From: an uncultured Clostridia bacterium | GTDB lineage: Bacteria > Bacillota > Clostridia > TANB77 > CAG-508 | NCBI GenBank assembly: GCA_963558405.1 | Contig: CAUWGC010000011.1 | Span: forward strand, 1-61,941 | Reading direction: 5' to 3' | DNA: 61,941 nucleotides | Shown here: in pieces, positions 32,390 through 42,402 of the stretch | Numbering within the stretch: position 1 is the first letter of the stretch | Layout of the letters: every line of letters starts with the position of its first letter | Notes under the pieces: model-generated | Databases searched by the model: none | Told to the model about the DNA's origin: nothing | What the model saw: only the letters and a program-made list of their open reading frames with translations | Made by a program: the position numbers and the translations under genes

Positions 32390-33214
32390 ATGGATAAGAT
32401 TGCAATTATTTCTGATGTACATGGAAATATTACTGCTCTAAAAGCCGTAATTGATGATATAGAAAAAAAGAATATTAGTACAATTTATTGTCTGGGTGAC
32501 AGTGTTTTAAAAAGTTGTAATTCTGACTTAGTAATTGATTTATTAAAAGAAAAATGCGACATAATATTAAAAGGTAATTGTGACGAAACCATAACTAGAC
32601 CAGGTATCCCTAAAGGAAAATTTTGGACACGTGACTTAATTGGTGAAGAACGTGCTTCTTTTATATATAATCTGCCTGTATCTTATGACTTTTATATGAG
32701 TGGTTATTTAATTAGATTATTTCATTCATCACCATTTGGATTGAATTATGTATTTAATCCTATGTTTTCAAATGAGAATACTATTTATTCTGCAACCGAA
32801 ATACATGACGCTATGAAATTATTTGAAAACACAAGCTTCATAGGAAAAGAAAATTCTAATTTAATTCCAGATATTGTAGGTTATGGACATATTCATACAC
32901 CTAATATTGTAAGAATAAAAAATAAAACTATTTTTAATCCAGGTAGTGTTGGTATGCCTATTGAAATGTTAAATAATAATTTTTATGATACAACAAATAA
33001 ATTTTCTACAGTTGCATCATATATTATACTAGAAGGTATCTTAAATAGTAAAACTTTATCTTCAATAAGTTTTAACTTAGTAAGACTTCCTTACGATGTA
33101 GAAGCTGAAGTAAAATTATTAGAAAATTCTGATTTACCAAGCAAAAATAAATTAATTGCAGAATTAAGAAGTGCTACTAATTACGAAGAAATTAAGGATA
33201 TTTTAAGAAAATGA
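32390..33214 (+). CDS. Metallophosphoesterase
   Basis: SDVHGN, LGD, GNCD, GHIH, NPGSVG; ATG after GGAGG. Confidence 0.92.
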   Translation: MDKIAIISDVHGNITALKAVIDDIEKKNISTIYCLGDSVLKSCNSDLVIDLLKEKCDIILKGNCDETITRPGIPKGKFWTRDLIGEERASFIYNLPVSYDFYMSGYLIRLFHSSPFGLNYVFNPMFSNENTIYSATEIHDAMKLFENTSFIGKENSNLIPDIVGYGHIHTPNIVRIKNKTIFNPGSVGMPIEMLNNNFYDTTNKFSTVASYIILEGILNSKTLSSISFNLVRLPYDVEAEVKLLENSDLPSKNKLIAELRSATNYEEIKDILRK

Positions 33215-33220
33215 TTATTA

Positions 33221-34480
33221 ATGGAGGATTTTTACATGGATGATAAACTGATTCTTGTAAAAGAAATTTTAAAAAATTATAATCAGGAACACTTAATACA
33301 GTTTTATTCCGAACTTACCGAAATTCAAAAAGCTAACCTATTAAATCAAATTTTAGGTATTAATTTTAAAGAAATTTTACAGTTATATAAAAGTTCTAAT
33401 TTAGATTCATTAAAATCTACTGAAGAAATTGAACCTTTACCTTATTCAATTAAAGATTTTTTATCAGATAAACAAAAGAAATTATTTAATAATTTAGGTA
33501 TTAAAGCAATAAAAGATAAAAAAGTAGGTGTAATAACTCTTGCTGGTGGTCAAGGTTCTAGACTTGGAATAAATGGTCCTAAGGGCACATTTTGCTTAGA
33601 TATTACCCCCAAAAAATCTTTATTTGAAGTTTTGTGTGACTATATAAAAAATACTTCTTTAAAATATAAAGTAGATATTCCATGGTATATAATGACTAGT
33701 ACACAAAATTATTTTGATACAATAAATTTTTTTGAACAAAATAATTATTTTGATTATCCTAGAAATAATATCCTTTTTTTCACACAAAGTAATATGCCTA
33801 TAATTGATATCAATGGTAAATTAGTTTTATCTGAAATATACAAAGTCCATTTTGCATCTAATGGTAATGGTAATGTCTTTGCTTCTTTAAATAAATCTAA
33901 TTTAATAAATGATATGTTACAAAGAAAATTAAAATGGTTATTTGTTGGTGGAATAGATAATGTATTATTAAATCCATTAGATCCTTTATTTATAGGTTAT
34001 ACTATAAATTCAAAATGTGAAATAGGTTCAAAAACAATATTTAAAGAATCTCCTGATGATTCCTCTTGGATTTTTGCAAGAAAAAATACTAAACCTAGTA
34101 TTATTGATTGTAAAAATTTTAACGAAGAAATATCAGAATTAGTTAACAGCAAAGGAGATTTTTTATATAGAGAAACTAATATGCTTGCTCATATATTTAG
34201 TTTAAATGCAATACAAAAAATGTCAAATATACAGCTTCCTTATCATAAAGCTTTTAGAAAAAGTGCTTTTGTAAATGAAGAAGGAATGAAAGAAGTACCT
34301 AGTAATCCTAATATATATAAATTTGAACAATTTATATTTGATGCTTTTTCATATTTTGATAATATCGCCCTTCTTAGAGTTAATAAAGACCAAGAATTTG
34401 CTCCAATAAAAAGTTTTACAGGACCATATAATCCAGAAATTGCATCTAAAAAATACACTGAATTAATTTTTAATTCTTAA
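33221..34480 (+). CDS. UDP-N-acetylhexosamine pyrophosphorylase (UDPGP/UAP1 family)
   Basis: LAGGQGSRLG..GPKG, NGNG, DN, KFEQFIFD, EFAPIK. Confidence 0.9.
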   Translation: MEDFYMDDKLILVKEILKNYNQEHLIQFYSELTEIQKANLLNQILGINFKEILQLYKSSNLDSLKSTEEIEPLPYSIKDFLSDKQKKLFNNLGIKAIKDKKVGVITLAGGQGSRLGINGPKGTFCLDITPKKSLFEVLCDYIKNTSLKYKVDIPWYIMTSTQNYFDTINFFEQNNYFDYPRNNILFFTQSNMPIIDINGKLVLSEIYKVHFASNGNGNVFASLNKSNLINDMLQRKLKWLFVGGIDNVLLNPLDPLFIGYTINSKCEIGSKTIFKESPDDSSWIFARKNTKPSIIDCKNFNEEISELVNSKGDFLYRETNMLAHIFSLNAIQKMSNIQLPYHKAFRKSAFVNEEGMKEVPSNPNIYKFEQFIFDAFSYFDNIALLRVNKDQEFAPIKSFTGPYNPEIASKKYTELIFNS

Positions 34481-34482
34481 TA

Positions 34483-34532
34483 TAAAAAATAAAAAATCTA
34501 TGTTTATAAAATATAGATTTTTTATTTTTTAT
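34483..34532. terminator. Bidirectional terminator
   Basis: AAAAATAAAAAATCTAT/ATAGATTTTTTATTTTT inverted repeat between convergent genes. Confidence 0.7.
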
Positions 34533-34564
34533 TAAATTTGTATACTTTGTTAATCACATAAATT

Positions 34565-35041
34565 CTATAACGTTCTATAATTATTTTTATCTGCTCTTTC
34601 ATCAAATTGTCTATCATATTTTTCGTTTTTATAGTACCAATCTGTTTTCTTATCTACTGGATGTGCTTTTCTATTTTTATCCATTAGTAAATCAAAAACA
34701 GCTGCCAATGGAATTGCAACACCTACTAAAGCAAAGAACATTGATGTATAATTTTCCATTGTTAAAACTTCTCCATTTATTAATAACATTACTTTTTGAA
34801 ATAAATCCGTTCCAAAATAAGCTCCATATGCTATTAAATATACAAAAGCTCCTATCAATTTACGTTTGATTAAAAATAAAATACAAATAAATGCTACAAA
34901 GCATAAAATAATTTCATAATTTAAATCCATTGGTATAATCATAAATTCATTTCCCGTTTGAACCATTAATATACCTGTAACACGTAAAATTAAAAATAAT
35001 ATTGAAAAAGCAACTATTAGCCATGTACTAAAACTTTTCAT
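34565..35041 (-). CDS. Hypothetical membrane protein
   Basis: Four TM segments, polar C-terminal tail, GGAGG RBS. Confidence 0.8.
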   Translation of the reverse strand: MKSFSTWLIVAFSILFLILRVTGILMVQTGNEFMIIPMDLNYEIILCFVAFICILFLIKRKLIGAFVYLIAYGAYFGTDLFQKVMLLINGEVLTMENYTSMFFALVGVAIPLAAVFDLLMDKNRKAHPVDKKTDWYYKNEKYDRQFDERADKNNYRTL

Positions 35042-35147
35042 TAGTTTTCCTCCTATTTTTAAATTTTGTATAAATTTATTTTACCACAAAAAATACTAAT
35101 AAACAACAAAAAAGCAACAAGTAAAAAAACTTATTGCTTTTTTTAAT

Positions 35148-35468
35148 TTATTCTTCATCAATAAAATTAAATTCATCTTTAAATTTTTCTTTAAAAATTT
35201 CAAATACTTTATTTAAAGTTTCTTCATCTTCTACACTAACGTAAGATTCCTCTTCTTCTGATTCAGTATCTTCAATTTTAAGGATAACAACTTCTCCTTC
35301 TGCATCTTCGTCTTCTTCTACTGGTAATAAAACTACATATTCTTCTCCATCTAGTTCTACTAAGTCTAAGAATTCAAATTCAACTTCGTTTCCATCCTCA
35401 TCATTTAAAACAACAATATTATCTAATTCCTCCTCATTTGGAATGTTTCCATTTACATCTTCACTCAT
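35148..35468 (-). CDS. DUF1292 domain protein
   Basis: LNDEDGNEVEFE...EYVVLLP; usual ireB-ruvX-DUF1292 synteny. Confidence 0.9.
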   Translation of the reverse strand: MSEDVNGNIPNEEELDNIVVLNDEDGNEVEFEFLDLVELDGEEYVVLLPVEEDEDAEGEVVILKIEDTESEEEESYVSVEDEETLNKVFEIFKEKFKDEFNFIDEE

Positions 35469-35560
35469 TTTATTTCTCCTTTCTTTTATTCAAAAAATTA
35501 TTATAATATTGTAATATACAATATAGAAAACATTAGTATTATTATTTCCTAATTTAAATG

Positions 35561-35992
35561 TCATATACTATTTTTATTTTTATTCATATACATTTCTAAA
35601 ATATATACTGCTGAAATAGTATCTACGATGTTTCTTTTCTTTTCTTTTTTTATTTCTAGTAAATTCATTGTTTTATGTGCCGCAACAGTTGTTAGTCTTT
35701 CATCTATTTCTTCTATTTTTATTTTTGGATATTTACATTTTAATTTATGAATAAATTTTTCTGTAATATCAACCCTTTCGGCTTTGCTTCCATTCATGTT
35801 AATTGGCATTCCTACAACAAAAGTATCTACTTCGTTATTATACTTTTCTAAAATTTCGTCTAATCTTCGAAGTATAACTTTATCATTTCCCTGATGGTGA
35901 ATTGTTTCTAAACCTTGTGCTGTAATTTGTAAAGCATCAGAGATTGCAACACCACAACGACTATCTCCATAATCTAATCCTATTATCCTCAT
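35561..35992 (-). CDS. ruvX: YqgF/RuvX nuclease
   Basis: GLDYGDSRCGVAISD, DERLTT, VDTISA. Confidence 0.95.
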   Translation of the reverse strand: MRIIGLDYGDSRCGVAISDALQITAQGLETIHHQGNDKVILRRLDEILEKYNNEVDTFVVGMPINMNGSKAERVDITEKFIHKLKCKYPKIKIEEIDERLTTVAAHKTMNLLEIKKEKKRNIVDTISAVYILEMYMNKNKNSI

Positions 35993-36006
35993 AACTATTT
36001 TCCTTT

Positions 36007-36261
36007 TTAATCATCTAGTCCAATATAATTTTTTACCATTTTTTCAAGTAGTTCATCTCTTTCTATCATACGAATTAAGTTTCTTGCATCATTATGGCTG
36101 GTAATATATGTAGGATCACCTGACAAAATATATCCTACAATCTGATTAATTGGATTATACCCCTTTTCAACTAAAGCTTGATAAACTTCCTTTAGAATTT
36201 CTCTTGCTCTTACATTTTTGTCTTTTTCAACTTTAAAGCTCATTGTCTCATCCATTGCCAT
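36007..36261 (-). CDS. ireB: IreB family regulatory phosphoprotein
   Basis: [23 protein letters not shown]. Confidence 0.95.
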   Translation of the reverse strand: MAMDETMSFKVEKDKNVRAREILKEVYQALVEKGYNPINQIVGYILSGDPTYITSHNDARNLIRMIERDELLEKMVKNYIGLDD

Positions 36262-36290
36262 AATACTATATACCTCCTAAAATTTTTTTA

Positions 36291-37376
36291 TTAAATATAA
36301 TTAATATCATGCTCATCAATTTCTGCTTCATCCAAATATTCTTCTAATTTTTTTGTAATTGCTTCAATTCCAGTTCCTTTATAATATGTTGAAACTACGA
36401 AATTAACTTTTGGACTTACTTTTTTACTCTTTTTTACATCTCCTACTTGTTCTATTTCTAATTTTTCTAATTTTTGTTTCATTTCTTTTATAAATTCTAT
36501 TACACCATCAGCCTCTACACCAGAAAAAACAATTACAAATTTTGGTCCCATATATCTAACAAAAATATATTCTGATGATATATTATTTTTTACAAATTCA
36601 CTAACATGTTGAATTACAGAATCGCCTGTTTTTCTTCCTACTGTATCATTAATTTCTTCTAAATTAGTTATTTTGAACATTGTTATTGCAGAAATTGTAT
36701 ATTTATCTATTATTCTCTTTCCTTTTCCATATAAATATTCAGCTGAATTTAATCCAGAAAATTTATCTTTACGAACAATAGATTCTATTATTTTTTGATT
36801 TTGAACAGTTTTTAGCACTGTAACAATATTTTCTCTAATTACTTCTAATATTGTAGTATCTACATGATCAAATTCATGTGGAACACCACTTTCAATAATC
36901 CAGTATCCAATATATACATTATCAATATAAAGTGGAAAGAACATTGCTGATTTTGCTCTTCCAAATTCCATTTTTTGATATGGTAATCTTTCTTGTTCAT
37001 TATTTACTGTAATGTACTTAGGTCTAGCCGTTTGTATGCTGTCCTTAAAAATTTCTTCTTTATAAAGATTTCTTAAAGTGTCCCAATGTTTTTCATCTAC
37101 ATTAGATGCTTTTAATATATATTCTGCACCGTTAAAAATAACAATAGTAGAATATTTAATTTGATATCTTTCTATTATAATTTCATTAATTTTTTCTATC
37201 TTTTCATCTACACTACTAGCTTCACTAATAGTATTCATAAAATCTTGTAATACATTTAAACTAGTGATTTTTTGATTTATATTACTAAAATTTTCTATTT
37301 TTTTATGAATTGATATATTATATATAACTAATACAATAATTATTATCATCAAAAGTATAACTACACCGATAATCAA
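36291..37376 (-). CDS. Membrane-anchored GAF plus degenerate GGDEF protein
   Basis: N-terminal TM; SAMFFPL; DKFSGL, EINDTVGRKTGD, and RYMGPKF in place of RxGGDEF. Confidence 0.8.
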   Translation of the reverse strand: MIIGVVILLMIIIIVLVIYNISIHKKIENFSNINQKITSLNVLQDFMNTISEASSVDEKIEKINEIIIERYQIKYSTIVIFNGAEYILKASNVDEKHWDTLRNLYKEEIFKDSIQTARPKYITVNNEQERLPYQKMEFGRAKSAMFFPLYIDNVYIGYWIIESGVPHEFDHVDTTILEVIRENIVTVLKTVQNQKIIESIVRKDKFSGLNSAEYLYGKGKRIIDKYTISAITMFKITNLEEINDTVGRKTGDSVIQHVSEFVKNNISSEYIFVRYMGPKFVIVFSGVEADGVIEFIKEMKQKLEKLEIEQVGDVKKSKKVSPKVNFVVSTYYKGTGIEAITKKLEEYLDEAEIDEHDINYI

Positions 37377-37405
37377 AATATCACCTCAAAACTTTATTGT
37401 TATTT

Positions 37406-39676
37406 TTAATTATATTTATTTTTCATATAATTTAGTGTGTCTGTCATTTTGCTTGAAAAACTTGTTGTTGGTTTATAATCTGAATTTGGTACATACCCAT
37501 TTTTTTGTTTTTTTACTTTTCCAAATCCAATTTTTGGAGTTTGTGACTCATTATTTAACAATGGATAAACCATATTTCCTAAATTTATTAAGCTTTCCAT
37601 AAACAATTTTGAATATCCATTTGTAGAAATTTCACAATTTACTAATCCTTCTAAATATTTTACATATACTTGCTCGTCAAATGGTACTGTACAATATTTA
37701 ATTTTATCTCTATTAAATAATTCTGTCATAAATGACATTGCAGGTTCATTATAAAAAGCCATTCCTCCAATAATAGCCATTGTTGTTAATGACCTTATTG
37801 TTTTTGTTTTATTTATAACAATTCTTAATTTTTCTTCCTTTAAAATTCCTTTTGCTTTTAATTCTCTTAAATATGTTGTAAGAGGTTGAATTGTTAAAAT
37901 ATCCATACTTTGAACCAAATATAATTCTTCTGCTTTGTCTAAATATGCTATATTAGTTGTAAAGTCACAATCTATTAATATTAAAGAATAATTTGATTGT
38001 AATGTTCTAAGTATATTTTCATAATCTTGAGTTGATTGTGAATCTCCTGGAAGTGTTGTATAAACATCTAAGTTTTTGTTTACTTTAATTCCATTAGTAA
38101 GTCCTCTTCTTAAATCTTCAATACAATTTACAGCAATTTTTCTTAAATTTTCTTCATTTTTTGTATATATATAGTAATCATTTTTATTTTGTGTCAAATC
38201 TAAAATTGCTGTTTTGATTCCCTTTTTAGAAAATAAATCACCTAAATTATTAATTAAAAATGATGTACCATTTTTAGTTGTACCAATAAATGCTACTGTC
38301 TTAACATCTTTACTATATGAATTAGTACTTCCATAAGTAGATTCATATTGGTTATATGATGTATTTTGAATTGCATTTGAAGAAAATGTATCTTCCATAG
38401 TATTTTTATATTCTGGTATAGTACGTTCACCTTTTAATATATCATTATTATTTTTTGTAGAATCGTTAATTGTATAAAGAGAAGGTGCTTCTTCTTCCTC
38501 TCCTTTTTCTTCTATTCCAGGAAGTATATTGTTCTCTTCTTGTTTTTCTGCTAAATCAAATATATTTAATGTTTCTTCTTGTTCTTCTGATTCTATACTA
38601 GCTTTTTTAGGAGGCCTTCCTCTTCCTCTTTTTGGTTTTTCGTCAATATTTTCTTCTTTTATTTTTGGAGGTCTTCCTCTTCCTCTTTTAGCAGTTTCTA
38701 CAATACTTTCTTCTACTGTTACATCAGCATTTTTATTTTCTTCTACATCATTTAATAATTCAGATTCTTGTTTTAATTCTTCCCTTTTACTTTCTTCAAT
38801 TTTTACTACATGTTCTGTATTTACTCCTGAAGGAATTACAACTTTTCCAATAGTATTAACATTCGAAGGTATATTTTCTAAAATAGTAGTTGGAACCTCT
38901 ATTTCTTCTGCTTGTTTTTTATTTTTTTCTTTTTTATCTTTTCCAGATTTTGCAAAATTTTTAGAGTTCTTTTTTGAATTACTAAATGTAATTAATTCTT
39001 GGTACTTAGGTGACTTAGCTTCTAATACAGCTCTTACACTAAGTGGTAAAAAATTAACTATTATTCTTAATTGCGCATCTGTATATTGATTGGCTAAATT
39101 ACTAAAACTTTCTACATATTTATCATCATTTTTTCCAATTCTTTTATAATAGGTTAAAATGTTTTGTATTTCTTGTTCACTAACATCTTCTTCACTTTCA
39201 GTTTTATAATTAACATCTTCAGTATCCAATTTATAATACATTTTTGCTTCTTTTTTAGTTCTTGGTTTATATATTAAACTACATACTTGTTCAATGCTTC
39301 TATCTTGTCCTATTAATGCACTATAAATTCCAATTCCAAATAATTTATTTAACATTGCATCTGAACGTGTTCTTCTGTCTGTACATATAAGAATAATTGG
39401 TGTATCATTTCCTTCTTCATCTGCTGCTTCATCACTAATGCTGTCTAATTTTTCAAAAATAAATTTATCAATTACTTCATAATTGTTATTTGTGTATGCT
39501 TCTAGATCTTCGCTTATAACTATTCTATCATATGATTTATCTTTTTGTATTTCTTTTAAAATTGCATTAAAGTAATATACATTTTTATAAGATATTATCT
39601 CTTTGTATTCTTGTTGATATTTCTTTACAATTGATTCAGAAATATTTTCATTACTTACTGCAAATAAAACTTTCAT
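37406..39676 (-). CDS. Multidomain protein: receiver-like N-terminus, two AT-hooks, divergent ParA/CpaE-like C-terminal domain
   Basis: KRGRGRPPK twice; VAFIGTTKNGTS, TAILDL, YSLILIDC, IVINK. Confidence 0.75.
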   Translation of the reverse strand: MKVLFAVSNENISESIVKKYQQEYKEIISYKNVYYFNAILKEIQKDKSYDRIVISEDLEAYTNNNYEVIDKFIFEKLDSISDEAADEEGNDTPIILICTDRRTRSDAMLNKLFGIGIYSALIGQDRSIEQVCSLIYKPRTKKEAKMYYKLDTEDVNYKTESEEDVSEQEIQNILTYYKRIGKNDDKYVESFSNLANQYTDAQLRIIVNFLPLSVRAVLEAKSPKYQELITFSNSKKNSKNFAKSGKDKKEKNKKQAEEIEVPTTILENIPSNVNTIGKVVIPSGVNTEHVVKIEESKREELKQESELLNDVEENKNADVTVEESIVETAKRGRGRPPKIKEENIDEKPKRGRGRPPKKASIESEEQEETLNIFDLAEKQEENNILPGIEEKGEEEEAPSLYTINDSTKNNNDILKGERTIPEYKNTMEDTFSSNAIQNTSYNQYESTYGSTNSYSKDVKTVAFIGTTKNGTSFLINNLGDLFSKKGIKTAILDLTQNKNDYYIYTKNEENLRKIAVNCIEDLRRGLTNGIKVNKNLDVYTTLPGDSQSTQDYENILRTLQSNYSLILIDCDFTTNIAYLDKAEELYLVQSMDILTIQPLTTYLRELKAKGILKEEKLRIVINKTKTIRSLTTMAIIGGMAFYNEPAMSFMTELFNRDKIKYCTVPFDEQVYVKYLEGLVNCEISTNGYSKLFMESLINLGNMVYPLLNNESQTPKIGFGKVKKQKNGYVPNSDYKPTTSFSSKMTDTLNYMKNKYN

Positions 39677-39680
39677 TTGT

Positions 39681-40094
39681 TTATCCCCTCCAACCTTTTA
39701 CTACAATAGCAAATACTAATGGTAACACTTGAGCAATAATTAATATTGTTACAAAAGCTATAATTACGTGGAATCCTTTATCTCGTACGTCTAATTTACG
39801 AATACCTATTACGTATTGCCATATAGCACCAACTGCAATACCTATAAAGCAAAATGGTATACTATATAATCTAACAATATTTAATAAATATGCTGTAAAT
39901 CCATAGGTTTCTGATCCATAAGCTTCTGTATAATCTTCTATTGACTTTTTCTCCTTTTCTTTCATTTCTATTAATTTTCCTGTTGTTCCTTCTGTTACTT
40001 CATTTGCTGCGTTTACTTTTACTATAGCTATTGAAAAAAGTAATAATATTATTATTGAAATTATTATTAACATTTTTTTTGCAATTATTTTCAT
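39681..40094 (-). CDS. Small membrane protein, TrbC/VirB2-pilin-like topology
   Basis: Signal peptide ending VNA followed by two hydrophobic helices. Confidence 0.6.
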   Translation of the reverse strand: MKIIAKKMLIIISIIILLLFSIAIVKVNAANEVTEGTTGKLIEMKEKEKKSIEDYTEAYGSETYGFTAYLLNIVRLYSIPFCFIGIAVGAIWQYVIGIRKLDVRDKGFHVIIAFVTILIIAQVLPLVFAIVVKGWRG

Positions 40095-40241
40095 AAAAGG
40101 TTCTCCTTTCTTTTTTATGCTATATAAACATTTTATAACATTATAATTGGTAATTTTATATAATTATAATGTTAATTTTCTTACTTTATATATCATACAA
40201 TATAATAAAAAAAATAGCAAGGAAAAAGCAAAATATTTTAC

Positions 40242-41198
40242 TTATTTGCTTCTTATATTCATTAAAAATTTAACCATTTTGTATTTTTTTCTAACTATCA
40301 GTTCACATATTGTTTTAAACATTATTGGTCTTTTTTTATAATACAAGTTTTGTCTCCAATTTGGAAATTTTTCCTCAACATATTCTACACATTTTTTTAT
40401 ATCATCATATTTTTCAAATTCTATAAATCTATAGCTTGCATAGTAAATTAGTTGAAATAAAATTGTATATTCTAATTCCGCTTTATATTTACTTTCTATT
40501 AAATCTTGATATAGTAAATCACATGCTTTTATAATTTCTAATAATCTAGGTGAATATTTATTGTTTGACATTATAGAATTTTCACGTTGTCTATAATAAT
40601 ATAATTCTTCATTTAAAAAGCCTATTTTATCTGTAAACTTAGCTGTAATTGGAATTGTTGCTAAATCTTCATACCAAAGTTTAATTGGAAATTTTAAAGC
40701 ATTTTCTGTCCAAATTTCTCTTTTAAAAATTTTATTCCATGCTGCTGGCTGAGCCAATACATATGCTTTATCATCCTTTTCTTTTATAAATCTAGGAAAA
40801 GTAGAATGCTTTTCTTCTCTTCCATCAGGATAAAACCATATAGCATCAAAAACTACAATATCAAAATTATTTTCTTTTGCATATTTATATGTTTTTTCTG
40901 CAAAATCTTCTCTTACATAATCATCACTATCTATAAAAGCAATATATTCTCCCTTACACAAAGGAATTGCAAAGTTTCTTGCATCTCCTAATCCACCATT
41001 TTCTTTTTTATACGAAAAAAACATATTTGGATATTTATTTACGTATGAGTCAATTATTTCTTGACTATTATCAGGAGAACCGTCATTAACTATTAATATT
41101 TCTATATCTTTTAAAGTTTGTTTTTCTAATGATTCCAAACACTTTCCTATATATTGTTCTACATTATATACTGGGACAATAATACTTAATTTTGGCAT
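40242..41198 (-). CDS. Glycosyltransferase family 2
   Basis: SIIVPVYNVE, VNDGSPD, FIDSDD, YEDL. Confidence 0.95.
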   Translation of the reverse strand: MPKLSIIVPVYNVEQYIGKCLESLEKQTLKDIEILIVNDGSPDNSQEIIDSYVNKYPNMFFSYKKENGGLGDARNFAIPLCKGEYIAFIDSDDYVREDFAEKTYKYAKENNFDIVVFDAIWFYPDGREEKHSTFPRFIKEKDDKAYVLAQPAAWNKIFKREIWTENALKFPIKLWYEDLATIPITAKFTDKIGFLNEELYYYRQRENSIMSNNKYSPRLLEIIKACDLLYQDLIESKYKAELEYTILFQLIYYASYRFIEFEKYDDIKKCVEYVEEKFPNWRQNLYYKKRPIMFKTICELIVRKKYKMVKFLMNIRSK

Positions 41199-41220
41199 AT
41201 TTTCACCTTCCTAAATTTTT

Positions 41221-42402
41221 TTATCTTTTTACTTTTTCAAATAATTTATACCATTGATTTTGGATTTCATCAATTTTAAAATTTTTAGCAAACCTTTTAG
41301 CTTCTATAGAAAGTTGTTTCCTTGTTTCTTCATTTTCCATAATTTCTACTAGTTTATTTTGATATTCTTCTTTATTGTTTTGTTCTACTAAAATTCCTGT
41401 ATTATTTTTAATTACTTCCTTTGCTGTTTCTCCAAAATTAAAACTTATTACCGGAACACCACACTCATTTGCTTCTAAAACAGTTAATGGTAATCCTTCA
41501 AATTCTGATGTAAGTAGCATTATTCCTGATTGTAATAATACTTCCTTAGGATTATCAGTTCTTCCCATAAAGAAAATAGATTTATTTTCCTCTATTTTTT
41601 TCTTTAGTTTACTATCTAATTCTCCTACTGCATAAATTTTAAAAGTCCATTCATCACTTTTAAGTTTCTTTACTGCTTCTGAAAACATATCAACAGCAAG
41701 GTCTAATCGTTTTTCTTTTGATATTCTTCCTAAAAATATTGCAGTTTTGTTATCTTTTACATTGCTTATTTCTTCTGATGAAAATCTAATTGGATTATAA
41801 ATAGTAATGCTATTTTCTATTCCATTTTGCTTAGCTAGCTTGCAAGATTCTTCTGTTAACCAAACATATTTTAATATTTTGTTAGAATATTTTTTTAAAA
41901 ATTTTAACTGTGATTTATTTTTTAACAATTGTGTAAAACTTGTATGATAATGATTAATTGTTTTTTCTAAATATTCTTTTGGAATTGCTTTTAATAATTC
42001 ATAATGTGAATTAATAATAATATCCGGATTTAATTTTAATATTTCTGTTTTTAATTTATTATAGTCATTAATAAGTAATTTATCATATTGTTTTCTCTTT
42101 AAAATTTTTCCTATTCCTTCTTTTATATTTAATTCTTTTAAATCTTTTATTGCTTCATTATATCTTGGACAACTCCATATTTCAGTTTTATTTATCAACT
42201 TTGTTTGTATCTCTTTAGGATATTCTACCTTTTGTGCATTTTCTGTATTTCTAACTGAATAAATATAAACTTCTTCACCATGATTTAAAAAAGCTTTTGC
42301 CAAAGAGATATTTACTATTGTTACTCCACCTATGCTATCTTGTATATTTTGCAAAAATAGAATTTTCACATTATTCCTCCATATTTTCTTTATTTTTTCC
42401 AT
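41221..42402 (-). CDS. Glycosyltransferase family 4
   Basis: GRISKEK, SEFEGLPLTVLEA; true start may be GTG at 42369. Confidence 0.92.
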   Translation of the reverse strand: MEKIKKIWRNNVKILFLQNIQDSIGGVTIVNISLAKAFLNHGEEVYIYSVRNTENAQKVEYPKEIQTKLINKTEIWSCPRYNEAIKDLKELNIKEGIGKILKRKQYDKLLINDYNKLKTEILKLNPDIIINSHYELLKAIPKEYLEKTINHYHTSFTQLLKNKSQLKFLKKYSNKILKYVWLTEESCKLAKQNGIENSITIYNPIRFSSEEISNVKDNKTAIFLGRISKEKRLDLAVDMFSEAVKKLKSDEWTFKIYAVGELDSKLKKKIEENKSIFFMGRTDNPKEVLLQSGIMLLTSEFEGLPLTVLEANECGVPVISFNFGETAKEVIKNNTGILVEQNNKEEYQNKLVEIMENEETRKQLSIEAKRFAKNFKIDEIQNQWYKLFEKVKR

